Virus record (IMG/VR): IMGVR_UViG_3300046167_000884
Location: 56,009 to 120,008 of that record
Reading direction: 5' to 3' (one strand)
Source: a virus
Length of the DNA stretch: 64,000 bases
Made by a program: the position numbers and the translations under genes
The notes under the pieces: generated by a model
Told to the model about the DNA's origin: nothing
What the model saw: the letters and a program-made list of their open reading frames with translations, nothing else
Databases searched by the model: none
In this document: piece by piece, positions 1 through 9,013 of the stretch
Numbering within the stretch: the first letter of the stretch is position 1
Layout of the letters: every line of letters starts with the position of its first letter

Positions 1-41
1 AACGATATAGCTACAGCGAACAAGATGCTGTATTTGCTATT

Positions 42-1934
42 ATGGCTGCTTTAAAACAAAGAAAATTTGATGGTTTAAATGAAGATCTAGATGTAGGACA
101 TCAAGACAACGAACCTCACATGCTTAAAAAAGAATTAGCTAGAGCAGGTCAAATGATACAAATGCTTTATAGAGCAGTAGATAATTACGATGGTCAGGGT
201 GAAGTAGATTTTCCACAATGGTGGCAAGCCAAAATTATCAAAGCAAACTCTATGTTAGATAGTGCTTTTGATTATTTGGATGGTGAAGAAATGGTAGCTA
301 AAATAGATGCTATGATTGATGGAGCAGATAAAGTTGAAGTAGATATTGATGTAGTTAATGAAGATGAAGTACAAAAAAGACTTGATGCCGAAAAAGCAAT
401 TAAATCAACACTTAAAGATGAAGGTGGAGCTGCTGGTTTAGAACCATTAGCAAAAGCTGTAAAAAAATTAGGTATTAGTAAAGATGAACTACTTAAAATG
501 ATTAAAAAAGTAGTTGGTGTTGCTAAACATAAACATGGAGATTATATTTCAACCCCAATAAATGAAATTGACTACGATGAAGCTTTAACCTTAAGGGGTA
601 TGTTAGCTGATTTAAAGAAAGAAAGAGAGCAATTATTTAGAGACATGGAGCAAGAAGCTGAACCAGAAGGTGGGCCAATTGCTGATAGATACGGTGATGA
701 ATTAAATAAAATTGAAGACCGTATGTACCAAATTGCTAAACAACTTCGTGATTATGATATGAACGAAGGAGTAAATGAAATAGGTATGTTTCATGACCCT
801 CGAATGTCAAGTGGAAACTTTGATCATTTAACTCCTGATCCAAAAGAAGACCAATTAAAAACCGCTTACGCTGCTTTAGAAAAAGCAGAAAAAGACGGTG
901 ATATTAGAAAACAAGAATTAGCTTTAGCTGCTATTGATCTTATCAATGGTAATATTAACGAAGAATCATCAGATGTATTCTTAGATGACATTGCACAAAT
1001 GATGTTTAGTATGGATTATGATCAATTATCCCCACTAGAACAAGAAACGGTTAGAGATGAGGCAGAAAGACAAGATCCAGGAGATATGTCTCACCAATTT
1101 CAATATTATGATGATGAAGATGAATCACTAAACGAAGCAATGGATGGTGGTCAATTATTTGACTACTTTAAGTCTAAAGGATACGATATAACAGAACGTA
1201 GACCAGATGGATATCCACCTAAAGAAGGAGTAGAAGGATACCAAGTAAATAGAGGTAGAGGTAGATACCCTCAATCAGTAATATTTCAGTATAATAAAGA
1301 TACTGACGAATTTACCATCAGTAGGATGAGTGGTTATAGAATCGATGAAAAAGATGCTATAAAAGCTGGGATGAGAGAAGCAGGCCGTTCAGGAGCAGCT
1401 GGTATGGATTCTTACATGACAGATGGAAATTACACACCAGTAGATATTTCAGCCGAAGGTTTAAAAGATATAGTTGACCACGTAATGACTGGTTTAGATA
1501 GAGAAAGTAAAGCACAATCAGATTTTTATCGTGCTAGAGGGCGTACATCAGGTACTATAGATGAAAAAATAGCTACTGCAGTTAGAGAAAAATTAACTAA
1601 ATCATCATCAGTAGAAGACCATGTTGAAGATTTTAAAGATTCAGATGCACCTCAATTTAAAGGTAAATCATTAGAAAAAATTAAACAAATGGCTTTAGCA
1701 TCATTTTTACAAAAACAAGGTAAGAAAAAAGTATCTGAAGTTAAAGATAGTAGAAAGAAAAAAGAATTCAAAGTAGGTGATAAAGTAACATACTTAGGAC
1801 ACCCAGGTGAAATTACTAAAGTTAATAAAGAAATGACTGGTGTTATTACCTATAATGTATCATATGATAAAGGTAATGGTAAAACAAAAGCATCAAACAT
1901 CTATAATAAAGGTGGTGAAATAAAAACTGTATAA
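42..1934 (+). CDS. Large acidic modular protein, putative protease-processed internal head protein (5' end probably upstream of the window)
   Basis: Frame is open back to position 3 ([14 protein letters not shown]). Segments are punctuated by INE/MNE/VNE/LNE/IDE/VSE. C-terminal SH3-like [11 protein letters not shown] motif. Confidence 0.55.
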   Translation: MAALKQRKFDGLNEDLDVGHQDNEPHMLKKELARAGQMIQMLYRAVDNYDGQGEVDFPQWWQAKIIKANSMLDSAFDYLDGEEMVAKIDAMIDGADKVEVDIDVVNEDEVQKRLDAEKAIKSTLKDEGGAAGLEPLAKAVKKLGISKDELLKMIKKVVGVAKHKHGDYISTPINEIDYDEALTLRGMLADLKKEREQLFRDMEQEAEPEGGPIADRYGDELNKIEDRMYQIAKQLRDYDMNEGVNEIGMFHDPRMSSGNFDHLTPDPKEDQLKTAYAALEKAEKDGDIRKQELALAAIDLINGNINEESSDVFLDDIAQMMFSMDYDQLSPLEQETVRDEAERQDPGDMSHQFQYYDDEDESLNEAMDGGQLFDYFKSKGYDITERRPDGYPPKEGVEGYQVNRGRGRYPQSVIFQYNKDTDEFTISRMSGYRIDEKDAIKAGMREAGRSGAAGMDSYMTDGNYTPVDISAEGLKDIVDHVMTGLDRESKAQSDFYRARGRTSGTIDEKIATAVREKLTKSSSVEDHVEDFKDSDAPQFKGKSLEKIKQMALASFLQKQGKKKVSEVKDSRKKKEFKVGDKVTYLGHPGEITKVNKEMTGVITYNVSYDKGNGKTKASNIYNKGGEIKTV

Positions 1935-1936
1935 TA

Positions 1937-2407
1937 ATGACTAAAGCAGAATTAAGACAAAAAATTAAGACATTAGCAGTTACTGTTATGGCTGAAAAAG
2001 CTAAAACTGATGATGCTGCCTTAGCTTATGATGAATTAGTTAAATTTCCAGCTTTAAAAGATATTATAGTGGATCTATTAACTGATCAATTTGATTCATT
2101 TTTAGAATCAGTAGATTGGGTAGCTCCACGTCCTACAACTTTTCGTATAAATTTGTTGAATGGTGAAAATTTCTTACTTATGTTTACGGACAGAAGTTGG
2201 ATAGGACAAGTACAAGGAAAAAAATATTATTTACTAAATCTCGATGAGGAAGAAAGATGTGCTCTAGCGATTAACAGACTTCTAAGAGTAGGACCCGCTA
2301 GTGGTGCTGAAATGGAGGGAGAAGCAAGTGAAACTGATACAACAACAGACACAGCTGATACCGAAGTTGAAGATGAAGTAGATGTTGATGTAGACGTAGA
2401 AGCATAA
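1937..2407 (+). CDS. Hypothetical protein with acidic C-terminal tail
   Basis: 156-aa ORF tightly coupled to its neighbours; D/E/V-rich C-terminus. Confidence 0.7.
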   Translation: MTKAELRQKIKTLAVTVMAEKAKTDDAALAYDELVKFPALKDIIVDLLTDQFDSFLESVDWVAPRPTTFRINLLNGENFLLMFTDRSWIGQVQGKKYYLLNLDEEERCALAINRLLRVGPASGAEMEGEASETDTTTDTADTEVEDEVDVDVDVEA

Positions 2408-2416
2408 AATAAAATA

Positions 2417-3727
2417 ATGAGTATATTCGATAAATTTTTTACAAAATTCGCTTACAAATTCGACAAAGGATATCCTGACATGAATAATGATCAGGATGTT
2501 TTGTTGTTGGAGTCACTTATTAGTGAAGTATTAGGTGAAAGATATAGTTTAGAAGAAGCTAATATGGTTGGATCCGCTACAAATTATCCTTCTGTTACTG
2601 GGACTTGGGAAAAATATATTGAAAACCCACTATCTAAACATGAAGACGGAAAAACAACTTATACTGCAATAAAAACATCTCCAGTATGGATTAAAACTCC
2701 ATCAAATAATATTGAAAAAACAGATGTAATAGTAAATGTAAATGATACGTTTACTATTAGTTCTAGGTCTACTGATGATTTAATAAAAAAAGGAAGTTCT
2801 TATTATGCTCCTATTAATTATAAAGGAAAGGAATACTATTTCCCCTTTAATGCTATACTAAAACCTACAGGCAAAAATGTCCAAAAATTTGAACCTAATT
2901 TAGATTCTAAAAATGACCCATCAGTTTATCATGCCTTCACCCCAGGCCATCCACAAGAAGCAAATATTGCAATGTTATTTATTGAAAAAACATCTCCTGA
3001 TTGGGAATTTGAATATAAAGGAAAATCATTAAAAGTAATATATTTAGGTGATCCTAATGTTAAAAGTACTGGTTATCCTAAAAATGATTTACAAATTAAT
3101 ACTGAACCTGCCCCTGAAGGTTTAGATTCTTCAATGAGGATTAGTTTAAAAGCAGATAATGCTACTTACGTAGAGAATTGGATGACTTCTACTAGAGCAG
3201 AACAGATATTAGGTGATACCAAAGTAAAAGAAATTGTTTTAGGAGCATATAATGCTTTATTAAAATCAACACCACCTAGATCTGGTAAAGGTTTATTTAA
3301 AGGAACCCTTAAATCATATCAAATTTGTATGTTTATTAAAGACAAACAACCACCGTATGGATCAGAAGCACCTTCAATACTATCAGAACCCCTATCTAAA
3401 GATGAGGCATATGAAGCTTATACAGGGGATAAAAAGTTTGGGGATACTGATGGGTCAGCTAATTATTTTTATAAAGGAGGAAAACCAAAAACAACAACAG
3501 AATTTCTGGGAGATTTAAAACCATTCAAAGATAATATGGATAATTTATCAGATTTATGGGTTTCTTTAAGGGGATCTAATGAATCAGGTAAAGGAAGAAG
3601 TAGAGTATTTTATTGGGAAGGAAAAGATGATGATCCAAATGGAAAATGGATTATAAATCCATTATGGGCAGAAATAGCTGGGATAACCAAATCAGAAGAT
3701 AAAGAAGGTAATATAAAATATAGTTAA
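2417..3727 (+). CDS. Hypothetical protein, possible PD-(D/E)xK nuclease-like domain after an N-terminal leader
   Basis: 436 aa; PKNDLQI...MRISLK resembles the D...(S/E)xK core; N-terminal segment ends LLLE/SLEE. Confidence 0.45.
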   Translation: MSIFDKFFTKFAYKFDKGYPDMNNDQDVLLLESLISEVLGERYSLEEANMVGSATNYPSVTGTWEKYIENPLSKHEDGKTTYTAIKTSPVWIKTPSNNIEKTDVIVNVNDTFTISSRSTDDLIKKGSSYYAPINYKGKEYYFPFNAILKPTGKNVQKFEPNLDSKNDPSVYHAFTPGHPQEANIAMLFIEKTSPDWEFEYKGKSLKVIYLGDPNVKSTGYPKNDLQINTEPAPEGLDSSMRISLKADNATYVENWMTSTRAEQILGDTKVKEIVLGAYNALLKSTPPRSGKGLFKGTLKSYQICMFIKDKQPPYGSEAPSILSEPLSKDEAYEAYTGDKKFGDTDGSANYFYKGGKPKTTTEFLGDLKPFKDNMDNLSDLWVSLRGSNESGKGRSRVFYWEGKDDDPNGKWIINPLWAEIAGITKSEDKEGNIKYS

Positions 3728-3736
3728 TATTTATAA
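3727..3736 (+). promoter_or_regulatory. ATATTTATAA motif, putative phage late promoter
   Basis: Exact motif recurs just upstream of at least 12 mostly structural gene starts. Confidence 0.6.
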
Positions 3737-3745
3737 TAAAACAAT

Positions 3746-4930
3746 ATGTGTAACTGCGGATGTAATACTTGCGAAACTAAAACAAAAGGACCTTTACTTA
3801 CTGAAAGTAAAGTTAAATCTTTATTATCCGAAGGTCTACAATATCACATAGATAAAAAAATACCATTATTTGAAACAGTATATCGTATTGGTTCAGATAA
3901 ACATCTAGCCTTAATTAAAGAAGCTAGAAAAATGTATTCACGTAACATAATTGATTTATGTGAAGATGATGAAGCACTAATTAAAACACATTTAGGTGAA
4001 TTTGCTTTATATGAAGGTGAATCTGTACCATTAGATTTACCTATGTTAAATGAATCAGATTCTAACTATCCAGATTTTGATTTAAATAAAAACATAAGAT
4101 ACAAAGATACATCTATTTCAAGCGGAATGTGGAGATATACAGGTCAAGAACAAGGTGGAAAAGGCGTTTATAGAAATTTAAATAATGATCAAATATTAGC
4201 TTTTGATAGAAGTGATTTTGATATATTTAAAAACAATCTTGGTAGTCATTTTGATATTTCAGAATCATTAAATGAATTTTCATTACCTAAATTTGATGTA
4301 GTAAAACCTATTATTGATAAATTTTTAGGTGGGATAGAAAAAGCTGGTAAAAAACTATTACAAATAGTTAAACGAGAAGGTAAACAGACTTTAGTATTAA
4401 TTAAAGAAATAGCCGAATACGTAGTAAGTGGAGAAAAACCAACATCATCTGAACAGAAAAAAATTACAGAACAATTAAAGGATTTAGGTTTTTTAGCTTT
4501 TTTAGGAATAGCAGGTAATATTCCTTTTTCATTATTTTCTATAATTTATTTTATAATAGATGAATCAGGCATAGCTAAAGAATTTTTAAAATTAAATGAG
4601 TCATTAAATGAAGATGAACAATTAGACGAAAAGAAAAAGGCTAAGAAAAAAGAAAAAAAAGACCCACCATTAAATAAACCAAAACGTGGTGGTTCTAAAG
4701 CATATTATGTTTATGTACGTGATCCTAAAACTAAAAAAATTAAAAAAGTATCATTTGGATCCGGTGGTTTAAGAGCTAAAATTAAAAACAAAGAAGCTCG
4801 TACTGCATTTGCCGCTAGACATAATTGTAAAAATAAAAAAGATAGAACTAAAGCAGGATATTGGTCATGTAATTTACCAAGATACGCTCCAGCATTAGGA
4901 TTAGGTGCTAAAATGAATACTTTTTGGTAG
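3746..4930 (+). CDS. Modular protein with N-terminal CxCxCxxC, LNE-bounded inserts and basic C-terminal domain
   Basis: Starts MCNCGCNTC; internal MLNE/SLNE/KLNE/QLDE; C-terminus RAKIKNKEARTAFAARHNC...GYWSC. Confidence 0.6.
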   Translation: MCNCGCNTCETKTKGPLLTESKVKSLLSEGLQYHIDKKIPLFETVYRIGSDKHLALIKEARKMYSRNIIDLCEDDEALIKTHLGEFALYEGESVPLDLPMLNESDSNYPDFDLNKNIRYKDTSISSGMWRYTGQEQGGKGVYRNLNNDQILAFDRSDFDIFKNNLGSHFDISESLNEFSLPKFDVVKPIIDKFLGGIEKAGKKLLQIVKREGKQTLVLIKEIAEYVVSGEKPTSSEQKKITEQLKDLGFLAFLGIAGNIPFSLFSIIYFIIDESGIAKEFLKLNESLNEDEQLDEKKKAKKKEKKDPPLNKPKRGGSKAYYVYVRDPKTKKIKKVSFGSGGLRAKIKNKEARTAFAARHNCKNKKDRTKAGYWSCNLPRYAPALGLGAKMNTFW

Positions 4931-4931
4931 T

Positions 4932-5204
4932 ATGAAAATAGATATATTTAATGAAATACACTGGTTAAATTTTAGGAAATTACCTGAAATTCAACCTTTA
5001 TCATTAAATGAACAAGTAAAAAAATACAACCTTTACATAAATGAACTTACGTATGAACGTAATGTATATTTACATTGGTTAGAGGGACATAAAAAAGGTC
5101 CTAAAAGAACAACTCTTCAAGAAACAGGTTTTTTATTGCAAGAGGATTTATTTGATTTAGAACAAGAAAACGGAAGTAAAATTTTAATAACAGGATATGC
5201 CTAA
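4932..5204 (+). CDS. Hypothetical protein
   Basis: 90-aa ORF overlapping the next start. Confidence 0.65.
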   Translation: MKIDIFNEIHWLNFRKLPEIQPLSLNEQVKKYNLYINELTYERNVYLHWLEGHKKGPKRTTLQETGFLLQEDLFDLEQENGSKILITGYA

Positions 5205-5712
5205 TTTACCTATTTCAGGATTACCAGCTTCATCTACATTACAAGGAGATGAATTATTTGCCGATGTACAAGGTGGTGTAACTAAATATACTACTTTAGA
5301 TGATGTAACAAGCTATGTAAGTGGCTCAATTGAAGTCTATAATCAAACTAACCCTAATAACTCATATATAGTTCCCGTAACTTTAACAGTTGAAAAAGGA
5401 GATACAATTAATTTATCAGATACTGTATATCAAAATGCTTCTATGATTGAATTATCATGGAGTGGAGAGACTAACCCAGATGTAACTCTAAATCTTCCAG
5501 ATGCAACAAATGCTAATAATACTTATAGAACAATAAGATTTATTTCTGATTCAACCTTTATCAATTCTAGTCATCATGTTGATTTAACTCCAACAGGAGG
5601 TCAAACATTAGATGGAAGTACAAACCCTTATGTAATAAATAAAGCATATGAAGGTATTATGGTATGGTCAGATGGAGCAGAATGGTTTATAATACAGAAA
5701 AAAGCTGGATAA
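5197..5712 (+). CDS. Putative virion structural/fibre-like protein
   Basis: N-terminal MPNLPISGLPASSTLQGDELFADVQGG resembles starts of phage tail/fibre proteins; S/T/N-rich body. Confidence 0.45.
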   Translation: MPNLPISGLPASSTLQGDELFADVQGGVTKYTTLDDVTSYVSGSIEVYNQTNPNNSYIVPVTLTVEKGDTINLSDTVYQNASMIELSWSGETNPDVTLNLPDATNANNTYRTIRFISDSTFINSSHHVDLTPTGGQTLDGSTNPYVINKAYEGIMVWSDGAEWFIIQKKAG

Positions 5713-5960
5713 TGAACCCATACAAAAATAAAGGTAACATAAGAACGTTTTCGAAAGATGTAAATAAACTAGAACTAGTTTGGCATCAAGACGCTGAAGA
5801 TAGAGATATCGAAGTATTAGAAGGCAAAGGATGGGAATTACAAATGGATAATGAATTACCCTTTGAATTAGTAAAGGGAGATCGTATATTTATAACAGAA
5901 GGTAGAATACACCGAATATTAAAAGGCATAACAGATTTAAAAATAAAAATAAATGGATAA
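5712..5960 (+). CDS. Small cupin-like protein
   Basis: ELVWHQD...VLEG...ELPFEL..GDRIFI...HRILKG double-His pattern. TAATG coupling at 5710-5714 supports this start over 5664. Confidence 0.55.
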   Translation: MNPYKNKGNIRTFSKDVNKLELVWHQDAEDRDIEVLEGKGWELQMDNELPFELVKGDRIFITEGRIHRILKGITDLKIKING

Positions 5961-6246
5961 CTTTAATTTAAGAAAATATTTAGCTGAAGGAAAATTACAT
6001 GAAGAACAAGTAATGGGATATGCTGTACTTATAAATGGTAAATTCTATAATAATAAAGTATACAAATCAGAATCAGTAGCTAATGGACAGTTAACTACAT
6101 TACTAGGTGATGTAAAAAGTGAATTAGGTCTTGAAGGTGGAAGAAAAGATCAATATTATTTTGGTACTAAAAAAGGAGATAAAGATTTAGAACAACGTTT
6201 AAAAGATTTAGAACAAGCTAAAGTAGTAGCTGTAACCTATAAATAA
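5953..6246 (+). CDS. Leader-tagged cassette protein 1 (MDNFNLRKYLAEGKLHE)
   Basis: Conserved leader followed by a unique payload. Confidence 0.85.
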   Translation: MDNFNLRKYLAEGKLHEEQVMGYAVLINGKFYNNKVYKSESVANGQLTTLLGDVKSELGLEGGRKDQYYFGTKKGDKDLEQRLKDLEQAKVVAVTYK

Positions 6247-6252
6247 AAATAA

Positions 6253-6894
6253 ATGGATAACTTCGATTTAAAAAAATATTTAGCTGAAGGTCGCTTATTT
6301 AAAGAAGAAATAGACTACCCATCTATTAAAGATGAAATGAAAAAAATATATGATATAGATGTAGATCTAGATACCATTAAAGATTTTGTTACATCATATA
6401 ATGATAGTGAGGGTATGGATGTATTTGATACAACGGAACGAGAAGATTTTTATTTATATTTAAAAGATTTAGCTGAAGGCCTCTTATTTGAAGAAGAACA
6501 ATGGTTTGATCCCTCTAGCCCTTCACACGGTAAAGGATATAAAGTATTAGGCGATAAACCACAAGAAGGTGCTTTTTATGTAAGTGGATATGATTTTGAT
6601 AATGATAAAAGCTTTGAATATTATGTACTTGATCCTAATTATAATAAATACCTTACTGCTACCCAAGAATTATTAGGTCTTGCTGATGAACAGGGACACG
6701 AGTATGAAAGTATAGAACAGTATTATGATACAGTTAAAGCTTTTCAAAATGATTTAAGATCTTATGCTAAAGGAGGTAAGTTCGAAGGTGATGAGGTACC
6801 TAATTGGCTTATGCAAGATCTTGCTATGAGTTTTGGAACTGATTATGACCAATTTTATAGTGATGATGAAGACGAAGACGAAGACGATTATTAA
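6253..6894 (+). CDS. Leader-tagged cassette protein 2 (acidic; internal LAEGLLFEEE)
   Basis: Leader MDNFDLKKYLAEGRLFKEE; second partial leader at 6469-6498. Confidence 0.85.
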   Translation: MDNFDLKKYLAEGRLFKEEIDYPSIKDEMKKIYDIDVDLDTIKDFVTSYNDSEGMDVFDTTEREDFYLYLKDLAEGLLFEEEQWFDPSSPSHGKGYKVLGDKPQEGAFYVSGYDFDNDKSFEYYVLDPNYNKYLTATQELLGLADEQGHEYESIEQYYDTVKAFQNDLRSYAKGGKFEGDEVPNWLMQDLAMSFGTDYDQFYSDDEDEDEDDY

Positions 6895-6912
6895 AAATAA
6901 AATTAAAATAAA

Positions 6913-7464
6913 ATGGATAATTTCGATTTAAAAAAATATTTAGCTGAAGGAAGACTATTTGAAGAAGATTTTAAAAATCCAATTCTAGATAAATATTTAG
7001 AACTAAAAAAATCAGTAGATAACAATACAGCTTTTGAGTATGAACTATCAGATTTTATTAATGGTTTAGATAATACTGAACGTGAGGGATTAGAAAGCGA
7101 TTTAGGATTAGAAAGAGATGAGTTATATGAAGGTCGCTTATTAAAAGAAGAGATAATGGTTGACACCACTATTATGTTTGGTGGTAATGACTATATTAAA
7201 GATGTACTTACATCACCTGATGATTTTGGCTTTGATGAAGAAGATGCTGAATGGATTAAAAGTAATATTTTAACTGCTCCTAAAATGGTATCTATTGAAG
7301 ATTACATGGCTTTAGAGGATAAGTGGGTAGAACAAGCAGATTTAGATGTTGGAACAGGAGCAGATCGTGAGTCTGTTCTAGATGCTATTGATGTTCATAT
7401 TAAACAAGGATTAATAACTCCTGAAGAAGGAGAAGAAGCTAAAAAAATAGCACTAAAATTTTAA
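6913..7464 (+). CDS. Leader-tagged cassette protein 3 (acidic; internal LYEGRLLKEE)
   Basis: Leader plus internal partial leader at 7123-7152. Confidence 0.85.
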   Translation: MDNFDLKKYLAEGRLFEEDFKNPILDKYLELKKSVDNNTAFEYELSDFINGLDNTEREGLESDLGLERDELYEGRLLKEEIMVDTTIMFGGNDYIKDVLTSPDDFGFDEEDAEWIKSNILTAPKMVSIEDYMALEDKWVEQADLDVGTGADRESVLDAIDVHIKQGLITPEEGEEAKKIALKF

Positions 7465-7469
7465 AATAA

Positions 7470-7781
7470 ATGGATAACTTTGATCTAAAAAAATATTTAG
7501 CTGAAGGTAAATTATATGAACAAAAATCTCCTAAATTTAAAATAGGTGATTTTGTTCAACCTAAAAGCCGAGATAAATATGTAGGCCAAATTGAAGATGT
7601 TTATATTAATAAACCTGAAAATTTAGAAATAAAAGATGGTGAATATGTTTATTCAGTTGATAAATTAAATCACAGAGGAAAAGATGCAATGTCATTTGAT
7701 TTTAAAGAATCAGATTTAGAATCAATATCTGACCCAACTGAATATATAAAAAGTTTAACACCATATAAAAGAAGAAACTAA
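7470..7781 (+). CDS. Leader-tagged cassette protein 4 (SH3-like payload)
   Basis: Leader followed by KFKIGDFVQPK...YVGQIEDV. Confidence 0.85.
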   Translation: MDNFDLKKYLAEGKLYEQKSPKFKIGDFVQPKSRDKYVGQIEDVYINKPENLEIKDGEYVYSVDKLNHRGKDAMSFDFKESDLESISDPTEYIKSLTPYKRRN

Positions 7782-7782
7782 A

Positions 7783-8364
7783 ATGGATAATTTCGATTTA
7801 AAAAAATATTTAGCGGAAGGCCGCTTATTAAAAGAAGAATTAACTTTTTCTTTTGACGAATATAGCTATGAAATTGATGATGATGCCTATCAAGCAGAAG
7901 TAGAGGCAGGTATTAAAACTCAATTACCAAACATCTCAGATAAAGTTTTACAAGCAATCATAGATAGTTCTGTAGAATACTATTATGATCAAAGAGAAGA
8001 AGATGTACCTTCTAGTGATATCGTAGATATGGCAGTTGATTATTATAATGATGAAATGACTGGAGGCAGTAAACCATCTGCTCCAAGTCAAAAATATGAT
8101 TTATCTAGTGTTGATTTAAGTGGATTAGATAAAGGCCAAAAAGAAGCTTTTGATAAATTTGTAGATATTTACCTTAAACCTTATGGTGATACTGATGCAC
8201 AAGAAGATTTAGAACGCTACGTTAGACAATTTGGAAAAGTAGAAAATGCATACGATCTTGATTCTCTAATCCCAAACTCATTTCAGTACGACAGGGAGGA
8301 AAGGGAAGCTATGCAACTTCAATTGAGAAGAGCTTATTTAGATGATGATCAACCTATAAACTAA
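7783..8364 (+). CDS. Leader-tagged cassette protein 5 (acidic)
   Basis: Leader MDNFDLKKYLAEGRLLKEE; D/E/Y-rich payload. Confidence 0.85.
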   Translation: MDNFDLKKYLAEGRLLKEELTFSFDEYSYEIDDDAYQAEVEAGIKTQLPNISDKVLQAIIDSSVEYYYDQREEDVPSSDIVDMAVDYYNDEMTGGSKPSAPSQKYDLSSVDLSGLDKGQKEAFDKFVDIYLKPYGDTDAQEDLERYVRQFGKVENAYDLDSLIPNSFQYDREEREAMQLQLRRAYLDDDQPIN

Positions 8365-8370
8365 TATATT

Positions 8371-8436
8371 ATGAAATGTAATTGTAAAGTATGTAATTGC
8401 GGAACATCATGTGGATGTGATTGCTGTAATTGTTAA
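8371..8436 (+). CDS. 21-aa Cys-rich micro-protein MKCNCKVCNCGTSCGCDCCNC, metallothionein-like
   Basis: Translated by hand, not in the ORF track. ATG at 8371, TAA at 8434-8436, 9 Cys; fills the gap between cassettes 5 and 6. Confidence 0.7.
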   Translation: MKCNCKVCNCGTSCGCDCCNC

Positions 8437-8449
8437 AATATAAAATAAA

Positions 8450-8971
8450 ATGGACAATTTTGATTTAAAAAAATATTTAGCTGAAGGTAGGCTATTAAAA
8501 GAAAATATAGATATGGCTACAATACTTAGCCATGATGATTATAAAGAACTTTATATAGGAAATAGAGCTGAACATGATGCTTCTCCTGAAGAAGAACAAT
8601 TCAGTGATGAATATATAATTGACCTTAAACCAGGAATGTACCACATGATATTTTGGAATGATGAAGGTCCTGATTATAATGTTTATAATAGCAAAGAAGA
8701 ATATATAAAAGATTCTATTGTAAGTTTTTGGGACATCGAACACTTTGAAAGAAAATTTGGACTTACAGATGAATTAGATGCAGCTGGAGATAATTGGGAA
8801 AGTGTTTTTAATAAACATATAGAAGATAATTTAGATATGTATTATGAAGAACTAAATAGACTTATTAACAATTCAGAAGCTGATGGTGATTCAGCTAATG
8901 GGGTTGTTCTTTTACAAAATGGTAAAGTAGTAGCTGGTGAAGCAACTAATATAAGCAGAAGATTTGATTAA
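8450..8971 (+). CDS. Leader-tagged cassette protein 6 (acidic)
   Basis: Leader MDNFDLKKYLAEGRLLKEN; D/E-rich payload. Confidence 0.85.
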   Translation: MDNFDLKKYLAEGRLLKENIDMATILSHDDYKELYIGNRAEHDASPEEEQFSDEYIIDLKPGMYHMIFWNDEGPDYNVYNSKEEYIKDSIVSFWDIEHFERKFGLTDELDAAGDNWESVFNKHIEDNLDMYYEELNRLINNSEADGDSANGVVLLQNGKVVAGEATNISRRFD

Positions 8972-8977
8972 ACTAAA

Positions 8978-9013
8978 ATGGATAATTTTGATTTTAAAAA
9001 ACATATAGGATAG
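8978..9013 (+). CDS. Leader-only remnant MDNFDFKKHIG (extends to 9044 if one G is an error)
   Basis: Degenerate seventh leader with the same AACTAAAATG context as cassette 5. Confidence 0.4.
   Translation: MDNFDFKKHIG

Larger units (their letters stand above)
5953..9001 (+). repeat. Seven dispersed direct repeats of an approximately 39-nt leader-coding unit (ATGGAYAAYTTYRATYTAARAAAATATTTAGCNGAAGG)
   Basis: Copies start at 5953, 6253, 6913, 7470, 7783, 8450 and 8978 (degenerate), each preceded by an A-rich stretch ending in AAA. Confidence 0.95.

Noticed and set aside
5953-8971. Diversity-generating retroelement as the source of payload diversity
   Set aside because: No reverse transcriptase and no template/variable repeat pair differing at adenines; payloads are non-homologous.
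5953-9001. Repeat-spacer look of the MDNF array as a CRISPR array or integron attC array
   Set aside because: Repeats are in-frame coding leaders with synonymous variation, spacers are 250-650 nt genes, there is no palindromic attC-like structure, and no cas or integrase gene is in the window.
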